A DNA stretch of 64,000 bases, taken from assembly GCA_963718285.1 (NCBI GenBank), contig CAVQYU010000004.1, positions 21,988-85,987 of the forward strand, read 5' to 3'. Each line of letters opens with the position of its first letter. Position 1 is the stretch's first letter. Below are positions 57,585-64,000 of this stretch, one piece after another. The notes beneath the pieces were generated by a model. That model was not told where the DNA came from. It saw only the letters and a list, made by a program, of their open reading frames with translations, and searched no databases. This DNA comes from an uncultured Chloroflexia bacterium. GTDB lineage: Bacteria > Chloroflexota > Limnocylindria > Limnocylindrales > CSP1-4. Made by a program: the position numbers and the translations under genes.

Positions 57585-58013
57585 GTGACGTCTGTGCCGC
57601 CCGCGAAGTTCTTCGTCAACCGGGGGATCGTGTCGAGCCGGACCGACCTCCTGAACCTCCTGCGGCCACTCCTCAAGCAGACCGTCACCTACCGCTTCAT
57701 GCGCGGTCGCGAGCTGGTGGCCCACGGCACCGGCTGGGTCGAGCGAATCGTGATGGACCAGCCCGAGGTCTCGAGCTACTTCACGCCCCTGGCGATCTGC
57801 CTGAACATCGACTCGTTCGAGCATCTCGAGTTCGAGACCCGGCCCGACCAGCTGATCGTGTACAGCCTGGTCCAGGGCGATGAGCGCGTCGTCATCGAGT
57901 TTGCCCCGATTGAGCCGGGCGACCGCTCTCCCTTCGAGCCGCGCCAGCTGGAGTTCGACACGAGCGGCTTCATCCAGATGGAGCTGCTCGGCCTCGAGCG
58001 CGACGAGTCGTAG
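57585..58013 (+). CDS. hypothetical protein, 142 aa, no family recognised
   Basis: Intact ORF with GTG 57585 and AGGAG 8 nt upstream: MTSVPPAKFFVNRGIVSSRTDLLNLLRPLLKQTVTYRFMRGRELVAHGTGWVERIVMDQPEVSSYFTPLAICLNIDSFEHLEFETRPDQLIVYSLVQGDERVVIEF... Confidence 0.5.
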   Translation: MTSVPPAKFFVNRGIVSSRTDLLNLLRPLLKQTVTYRFMRGRELVAHGTGWVERIVMDQPEVSSYFTPLAICLNIDSFEHLEFETRPDQLIVYSLVQGDERVVIEFAPIEPGDRSPFEPRQLEFDTSGFIQMELLGLERDES

Positions 58014-58059
58014 CCCGGCCGAATGCCGGCCGCCGGATGGCCGCCGACCCTCGATCCAG

Positions 58060-58065
58060 TACGAT
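58060..58065 (+). promoter_or_regulatory. putative -10 hexamer TACGAT, 7 nt upstream of ATG 58073
   Basis: ccagTACGATccccgggATG. Confidence 0.4.
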
Positions 58066-58072
58066 CCCCGGG

Positions 58073-59341
58073 ATGTTCCAGTGCACCGCGCTGCCCGACG
58101 GCCCGCGCGTGATCAGCGCCCGCGTCCCCGGCTCACGCTCCGTGTCGGTGGCCGCCTACGTCCTGGCCGGCTCGCGCCACGAAGGACCGGGCCAGGTCGG
58201 GGTCGCCCATTTCATGGAGCACATCACGTTCAAGGGCACGGCGGCATATCCCACGACCCGGGCGATCTCCGAGGCGATCGAAGGGGTGGGTGGTTCGTTC
58301 AATGCGGCCACCGAGCGCGAATCGACCGTCTATTGGGTACGCGTGCCGGCGCGCGAGGCCGCCCGCGGCGTCGACGTCCTGGCCGAGCTGATCGTGCGGC
58401 CCCGGCTGGAGGACGCCGAGATCGACCATGAGCGAACGGTCATCGTCGAGGAGATCCGGTCGTACCTCGACGATCCGTCCGAGTATGCCCAGATCCTGCT
58501 CCAGCAGGCGCTCTTCGGGACGGGCTCGCTGGGGCGCGAGATCTGCGGCGAGGAGAGCGATATCCGAGGCCTGCCCGAGCAGACGATCCGGGACTTCTGG
58601 TCCGAGACCTACCGCCCGACCAACATCGTGGTGGCCATCGCCGGCGACCTCGAGCACGAGGCGGCCCTGGCTCTCGCGGGCCCCCTGTTCGGCCAGGGCG
58701 ACGGCGCCCGCACGAAATTCAACCCGGCGCCGGCCCTGCCCGCCGGCGAGCGCTACCTTCTCGGCCATCGAGACGCCTCCCAGGCCCAGCTGGCCATCGC
58801 CCTGCCGGCGTACCGCCGTGACCATCCCGACGCCTGGCCGCTGGCCGTCCTCAACGGGGTGCTGGGCGACGGCATGAGCAGCCGCCTGTTCCTGTCAGTC
58901 CGGGAGGAGCGGGGCCTGGCCTACGACGTTGGCTCAGGCGTGACCGAGTACGCCGACTCGGGCTCGATGTCCATCTATGCCGGGGTCGATCCCAACGGCC
59001 TCGAGGCGGCCCTGGCGGCGATCCTGGCCGAGCTGGAACGGTTGCGCGACGACATCGTCCCGGCCGACGAGCTCAACCGGGCGAAGGCCTACCTGTCGGG
59101 AGGCCTCGAGCTGCGCATGGACGACTCGCGCCATGTCGCTTCCTGGATTGGCGGCCAGGAGGCCCTTCACGATCGCGTCCTGACGCCCGAGGAGGCGCTC
59201 GAGGCGATCGCCGCGGTGCGACCCGAGGACGTCCAGCGGGTGGCCGGCGAGCTGTTCCGCGACGAGCTCCTGCGGATGGCGGTGGTCGCTCCGCCCAAGC
59301 ATGGCCAGCACCTCGACCGCGCCCTGCGGCTGAGTACGTAG
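58073..59341 (+). CDS. M16-family (pitrilysin/insulinase-like) zinc peptidase
   Basis: ORF 58037..59341 from ATG 58073: MFQCTALPDGPRVIS...AGSRHEGPGQVGVAHFMEHITFKGT (HxxEH)...ERTVIVEEI.... Intact. Confidence 0.85.
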   Translation: MFQCTALPDGPRVISARVPGSRSVSVAAYVLAGSRHEGPGQVGVAHFMEHITFKGTAAYPTTRAISEAIEGVGGSFNAATERESTVYWVRVPAREAARGVDVLAELIVRPRLEDAEIDHERTVIVEEIRSYLDDPSEYAQILLQQALFGTGSLGREICGEESDIRGLPEQTIRDFWSETYRPTNIVVAIAGDLEHEAALALAGPLFGQGDGARTKFNPAPALPAGERYLLGHRDASQAQLAIALPAYRRDHPDAWPLAVLNGVLGDGMSSRLFLSVREERGLAYDVGSGVTEYADSGSMSIYAGVDPNGLEAALAAILAELERLRDDIVPADELNRAKAYLSGGLELRMDDSRHVASWIGGQEALHDRVLTPEEALEAIAAVRPEDVQRVAGELFRDELLRMAVVAPPKHGQHLDRALRLST

Positions 59342-59347
59342 CCTTCC

Positions 59348-60443
59348 ATGAACGACGGCGACGACCCGCGCGACCTCGATCCGGCGCTCGTCCCGGATGA
59401 GCCGGCCGCGGTGGGCGAGCCCGAGTCCGCCGCTGAGCCCGAGCCGGCCGTGGAGGGCGAGCCCGAGCCAGCCGCGGAGTCGCCCGAGCCAGCGTCGCCG
59501 CCGCCCCCGCTGCCCGCGCCGAAGGACCGGCCGGTGGAGCTCCGGCTGGCCTCGATCCATCTCCGGACGGGGGTCCTGGCGCTCGCTCGAGCGGAGCTCG
59601 AGACGAGCGCGGGCCGCGGCGAGCTCGACGATGCCGGCGCTGCTCGACCTGGCCGAGGTCCGCTGGCGGACCGACGACGTGACCGGGGCCGGCGAGGCGG
59701 CCGCCGCCTACTTCGCGACCGGCCGCGAGGACACCCTAGCCCTGGTCATCGCGACCGAGGCCACGGCTTCCATCGGCCGGTCGACGGAGGCCCGCCGGCT
59801 GGCAGCCCGGGCCCTGGCCCGCGGCGACGTCAATCTCGACTCGATCTTCCTGGGGATTCGCCCCAGCTCCTACTGGCCGGCGGTCGGCGCGATGTCCGGT
59901 GTGCCGGCCGGCACGCTGTTCGGCGGACCCCTCGTCCGGGCTCGCCGACCGGCACGGCCGGAGTGACCGGGGCGGCCGTCCTGGGCAGGCTCGCCGCCGA
60001 GGAGACCGAGAAGCGGGCCGGCCCACGGGGCGCTCCCCCCGCACCCAGGCGCTGACCCCGGCCAGAGCGCCCAGGCCGCCCCGCTGGCGGGCGCCATCGG
60101 GACGAGCGCCACCCTGTGGTCCGACGCCGAGACCCTGCGGCCGGCTTCAGCCGCCCATGCCGGTGGCGGGCCGGGCTGCCCGAGCCGGACGACGAGCTCA
60201 ACGCGGCCAAGGCCGATCTGCGGCGCGGGCCGACCCGCGGCGGCGCGCCATCCGGTTGGCCGTCATCCTGCGCCTTGCCCCCGAGCTCGCCCCGGCCGTG
60301 CTCGATGCTGCTGGCCGGCCCGGGCGGCCCGTCGATCGAGCTGGTCCGGGGCGACGCCCTGCGGTTGGTCGGCCGTGAAGCGCGATGCCCGCCGGGCCTA
60401 CGCCGAAGCCGCCGCCCAGCTCGACCCGCCGCCTCCGGCGTAG
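59348..60443 (+). pseudogene. hypothetical protein with acidic Pro/Glu-rich N-terminus and helical-repeat-like body, at least 3 frame changes
   Basis: MNDGDDPRDLDPALVPDEPAAVGEPESAAEPEPAVEGEPEPAAESPEP...VELRLASIHLRTGVLALARAELETSAGRGELDD (ORF 59348..). Then ALLDLAEVRWRTDDVTGAGEAAAAYFATGREDTLALVIATEA...RRLAARALARGD (ORF 59397..). The later pieces end ...ARRAYAEAAAQLDPPPPA-TAG at 60443. Confidence 0.35.
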
Positions 60444-60556
60444 CGCCAGGCGGAGCCGTCTGCCGGTCTGCGCTATTGTTCGGCGGCCCGCCCGTTCCGG
60501 CGGTCGTGGCCACAGCCGCCCCGCAGCCCAGACCCAACAGCAAGGTGATCGCCTCC

Positions 60557-61018
60557 GTGACCGAACGAACCCTCGTCCTGATCAAGCCCGACGGCGTCCA
60601 GCGCCTGCTCGTCGGCCGGATCCTGGCCCGCTACGAAGAACGCGGGCTCAAGCTGATCGGCCTCAAGCTGGTCCAGGTGGATCGCGAGCTGGCCGAGCGC
60701 CACTACGCCGTCCACCGCGAGAAGCCGTTCTTCGCCGGCCTGGTCGACTTCATCACGTCCGGCCCGCTCGTCGCCCTCGCCCTCGAGGGCCCCAACGCGA
60801 TCGCCGTCATCCGGGCGACCAACGGTGCGACCCGGCCCTGGGAAGCCGCGCCGGGCACGGTCCGGGGCGACTTCGCCCTCGAGGTCGCCCAGAACATCGT
60901 CCACGCCTCGGATGGCCTGGAGACGGCCGCGACCGAGCTGGCGCTGTGGTTCAGGCCCGACGAGCTGCGCGGCTACGAGCGCGAGATCGACCGCTGGGTG
61001 GTCGCCCCGGCCGACTAG
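60557..61018 (+). CDS. ndk: nucleoside-diphosphate kinase
   Basis: C-terminal part of ORF 60116..61018 from GTG 60557: VTERTLVLIKPDGVQRLLVGRILARYEERGLKLIGLKLVQV...HYAVHREKPFFAGLVDFITSGPLVALALEG...TVRGDFA....NIVHASD. Confidence 0.9.
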   Translation: MTERTLVLIKPDGVQRLLVGRILARYEERGLKLIGLKLVQVDRELAERHYAVHREKPFFAGLVDFITSGPLVALALEGPNAIAVIRATNGATRPWEAAPGTVRGDFALEVAQNIVHASDGLETAATELALWFRPDELRGYEREIDRWVVAPAD

Positions 61019-62520
61019 CCGAGGCAGGCCGGGGACGGCCGGCGAGAGCCGCGGCACGGGCTGATCTGCGGCCGGGCTCGGCGCGGCGGCGGACCGCCGC
61101 TCGGGCCGCGGCGGGCCCGCCCAGGCCACCGGCTGGCCACGACGCAGGCTGAGGGCCACGAGGACGAGGACGAGCCCGCCGCGATCGGCGCCCGATTGGC
61201 CTGCCAGGCCGAGCTGCACATGGTCTGGACCGAGCTGGTCCGGTCCGGGCCGGCAGACCGGCCGGTCCGCCGGCGCGGCGGCGACGAGCAGGCTGGGCCG
61301 GCCGACGCCGATCGAGCGCGATCCGGCCGTAGTAGAGCGAGCGAGGCGAGGCCACCGAGGAGCAGGATCGGCCTGGAGCGGCCCCCGGTCGCGTCCGTCC
61401 AACGAGGGCCCGCGACCTCCAGGCGAGCAGGCCCGGGACGCCGAGCGTGCCAGCGACGATCCCGGCCAGGGCGACGCCCAGGAGCGGCGAGCGCCGGGCC
61501 CAGCCGCCGAGCTCGGGCAGGCGGGCCGTCCGGAAGCGGGCCTGCGACGACGGTCGCCCAGGCGGCGAAGGCGGTCTTGGCCGCGACCAGGATGAGCAGC
61601 CAGCTCCGGCTCGCTCGCGAGGCCGTCGGTTCCCGCCGATGGCCAGGCCCAGGAGGACGAAGCCGGCGTCCTGGATGATCGAATAGCCGACCACGTGCTC
61701 GAGGTCGTCCTGGAGCCACGCCCCGACCGCGCCGAGGAGCAGGGTGGCCGTGGCCACGGCGACGATCAGAGCCTGGCCGATCCCGCCGGGCACGAGCAGG
61801 GGTCGATCTCGACCGTCGGTCACGCCGAGGGCGACCACGGCCAGGGCGGCCGGGCCCCACACCAGCAGGAGCGGCAGCGCCGGCCCGGGGGCGCTGTTGG
61901 TCAGCCGGGCGACGGGCCGATGGAACGGGATCGCGCCGAAGCGGAGCGCGACGGCCAGGACGATGGCCAGGTCGGCGAGGCCGAACGCCGCCGGGATCGC
62001 TGCCGATCCCGCGACAGCGCGGGCGCGGCCCAGGCCACGGCCGACGAAGGCGAGCAGGCCGGCCAGGGCGATCAGCCGGGACCTGGCGCGACGACGGCCC
62101 GCACGTCAGCCGACGCCCGTGTCGGGGCGGACAGGGCAGCCAGCGAGAGGGCCACCGCCGTGGCGAGGAGGACGAGGAGCGCCATCAGGGGATCGGTGAC
62201 CGACAGGGCCAGGCCGATGCCGGCCAGGCCGGCGAGCATGGCCGCCGGCAGGCTCGCCTGCCAGGTCGTGGCCAGGGCGATGAGGCAGAGGATCAGCCCG
62301 GTGCGCCGGCCAGGACCAGGAACAGGCGGCCATAGCCGGTCGCGACAAAGACGTCGGAGCGCCCAGCCGGACGCACTCGCCGGGCGAGATCAGGCCGCCG
62401 CGAGCGTGGCCAGAAGGAGGCCGGCCAGGCCGACCGCGGCGGCCGGGCCTTGACGCCGGCTGAGGACAGGCTGGCCGCCGCCGCCGCGAACGAGAGGACG
62501 ATGAACGGGAGCGGGCTCAT
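61015..62520 (-). pseudogene. NuoN/MrpD-like proton-conducting membrane protein (proton_antipo_M-type), many frame changes; boundaries approximate
   Basis: The start MSPLPFIVLSFAAAAASLSS is at ATG 62520, in an ATGA overlap with the upstream gene. Recognisable pieces are PLLLVWGPAALAVVALG...ALIVAVATATLLLGAVGAWLQDDLEHVVGYSIIQDAGFVLLGLAIG and FRTARLPELGGWARRSPLLGVALAGIVAGTLGVPGL (ORF 60951..61862). Confidence 0.4.
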
Positions 62521-63293
62521 CCGGTCGTGTCGTCGGGCTCGGGCGCACTTCGGCGGAGGCGCTCCTCCAGGGTCAGCTGGTGGGCGGCGCCATCCGGCCT
62601 GGGGGCGGCCGCGGGCCGGCGCACGCCGCGGGCGAAGCTGGTGCTCCGGCGGCCACCGGATGCGCCTCGAACAGCGTCGTCCGCGACCCTCGCCCTCGAT
62701 GGCGAGGGATGGTTGGCCGCCAGGGCGGCCCTCGCCAGGACGGCTGTCAGGCCCAGGACGGCCAGGCTGAGGCCGGCCGTGACCAGCTGCTCCACGGCCG
62801 CGGGTGTTCCGGCCAGGCCGGCCCGGACGAGCTCGGCGGCGGTCACCAGGAGGGCCAGCCCAGGCCGACCCGGACGAGTCGCGGCCAAGGACGAGCGGGC
62901 CGATCGCCAGTGCCGCCAGCCCGAGGCCGGCCGCGGTCGCCACGGGCGGTCCGGCCGCGGGCGACCCGACCCCCGAAGTCGCGTAGCCGACCACGAACGC
63001 TGCCGCTGCGGCCAGGAGCGGGCGCAACGGCCCGGTCGGCGATCTCGTCACGTCGGCCGGCCCCTCGCGGACCGCGATCAGGACGAGCTCGGCGCCCAGG
63101 CCGGCGGCCACCAGCCGGATGGCCACGGCCAGGGGCGAGGGCAGGGGATCGGCCAGGAGCGCGGCCGCGCCATCGCCACGACGAGTCCGCCGAGGTCCAG
63201 GCGCAGATCCCGGGCCGAGACGGCCACGAGGGCGCCGGCCAGGACGACGAGCGCCGCCCCGAGCTGGAACGGGCTCATCGAGCACGGGCTCAT
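62517..63293 (-). pseudogene. hypothetical polytopic membrane protein (possibly an MnhB/DUF4040-like subunit), at least 2 frame changes
   Basis: ATG 63293 overlaps the lepB stop (ATGA): MSPCSMSPFQLGAALVVLAGALVAVSARDLRLDLGGLVVAMA (63078.. frame). Then AALLADPLPSPLAVAIRLVAAGLGAELVLIAV...AAAAFVVGYATSG...GLGLAALAIGPLVLG (62293.. frame). Then LALLVTAAELVRAGLAG...LSLAVLGLTAVLARAAL (62517.. frame). Confidence 0.3.
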
Positions 63294-63868
63294 GGGGCGG
63301 CTGCAGGGACCCCGGGGTAGGTCGGCGTCTGGAGGATCCCGAAGCCGCTCAACGGCCAGTAGCGCAGCCAGGCCCGGCCGATCACCGACGATTTCTCGAT
63401 GAACCCGAAGACCCGCGAATCCTGGGAGGCGGCCCGGTGGTCGCCCAGGACGAACAGCTCGCCCGGCGGGACGATCCAGGTGCTCTGGGCGGCCGGCGGG
63501 TCGGTCGGCTGGTTCTCGTACGTGTACGGCTCGACGAGGGCCACGCCATTGACCCAGACCTGGCCGTCGTGGATCGCCACGCTGTCGCCGGGCACTCCGA
63601 TCACGCGCTTGATGAATGGCGTGGTGCCGCCGTCCTCGAAGCCGGGCGGCGGCGAGAAGACGATGACGTCGCCGCGGCTGTAGTCGTCGAAGCGGGGGGT
63701 CAGCTTGTCGACGAGGACGTAGTCGCCCGGCTCGAGCGAGTGCTCCATCGACATCTGCTGGACCAGGTACGGCTGGGCGACGAAGTTCTGGATGACCAGG
63801 AAGATGACGAGGGTCAGGACGAGTGTCTCGACGACCTCGAACAGGCACCCGAACGGGCGTTTACTCAC
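63290..63868 (-). CDS. lepB: signal peptidase I (S26)
   Basis: Intact 192-aa ORF: ...VVETLVLTLVIFLVIQNFVAQPYLVQQMSMEHSLEPGDYVLVDK...GDVIVF...FIKRVIGVPGD...VLGDHRAASQDSR. Confidence 0.9.
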   Translation of the reverse strand: MSKRPFGCLFEVVETLVLTLVIFLVIQNFVAQPYLVQQMSMEHSLEPGDYVLVDKLTPRFDDYSRGDVIVFSPPPGFEDGGTTPFIKRVIGVPGDSVAIHDGQVWVNGVALVEPYTYENQPTDPPAAQSTWIVPPGELFVLGDHRAASQDSRVFGFIEKSSVIGRAWLRYWPLSGFGILQTPTYPGVPAAAP

Positions 63869-63877
63869 AAGTCCGGC

Positions 63878-63883
63878 AGTATA
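63878..63883 (-). promoter_or_regulatory. putative -10 hexamer TATACT, 9 nt upstream of lepB GTG 63868
   Basis: The minus strand reads cccccTATACTgccggacttGTG. Confidence 0.4.
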
Positions 63884-63969
63884 GGGGGTGCCATGGCCAA
63901 CCGCCCCCGGCCTCCCGGCGGAGTGGCAAGGGCCCCCTCGAACTGCATAACCCGGCAGCGCCGGGTGGT

Positions 63970-63999
63970 TTGACCCGCGATCGGGCCGCTTGCTACACT
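63970..63999 (+). promoter_or_regulatory. putative sigma-70-type promoter TTGACC-N18-TACACT at the window edge (gene lies beyond 64000)
   Basis: ggtTTGACCcgcgatcgggccgcttgcTACACTc. The -10 has the same TAnACT form seen before other starts. Confidence 0.45.
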
Positions 64000-64000
64000 C

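Noticed and set aside
63891-63973. 26-codon ORF (MANRPRPPGGVARAPSNCITRQRRVV) and the hairpin CCCGGC-AGC-GCCGGG at 63951-63965, upstream of lepB
   Set aside because: The ORF is too short and has non-coding-like composition. The hairpin is short (6 bp) with a weak U tract. It may terminate an upstream gene, but the evidence is thin.

Overview
Very GC-rich (about 70 % by eye) bacterial chromosomal segment. It is probably from an Actinomycetota-like organism: RskA-type anti-sigma factor, DUF3052, GT87/DUF2029, Lhr, Ku/LigD and many leaderless-looking gene starts. I can place about 60 protein genes. I saw no rRNA, tRNA, CRISPR array, transposase or integrase.

Gene order, 5' to 3':
- penicillin-acylase-family gene (partial), OCD-family, VIT1, cupin, Lrp, ECF sigma/anti-sigma, ubiE/menG, lgt, PlsC-like
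- CBS + cystathionine gamma-lyase, two orphan ABC permeases, degenerate GGDEF protein, Ku + LigD
- C39-like peptidase, MFS, CAX, DUF255 thioredoxin-like, Nudix-MBL fusion, UDG, tatA, DUF3052, HDAC + GNAT
- Lhr helicase + class-II GATase, GT87
- a cyanophycin locus: cphB-cphA1, a convergent cphA-like gene lacking the ATP-grasp domain, and a divergent M20 peptidase + RidA
- azlCD, ggt, MFS, degV, gdh, an unknown acidic protein, a DRTGG P-loop protein
- coaX-coaBC-panB-panC, M16 peptidase, ndk, NuoN/MrpD-like membrane genes, lepB

Two global properties:
1. Many genes can only be read by switching frame. Where I could resolve the indel it lies in a short homopolymer run. These breaks cluster in blocks (about 17.4-30.7, 45.9-53.2 and 59.4-63.3 kb), while other blocks (30.8-35.2 and 36.2-42.7 kb) are clean. 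I read this as assembly or polishing indel noise rather than genome decay, but it limits boundary precision.
2. About 20 gene starts have a TAnnnT hexamer 6-11 nt upstream and no Shine-Dalgarno sequence, which is leaderless-type architecture.

The most interesting candidate is the intact 590-aa cyanophycin-synthetase paralogue with N + Mur-ligase (M) domains only, and its neighbourhood. All calls come from manual reading of the ORF track and sequence. No database search was run.
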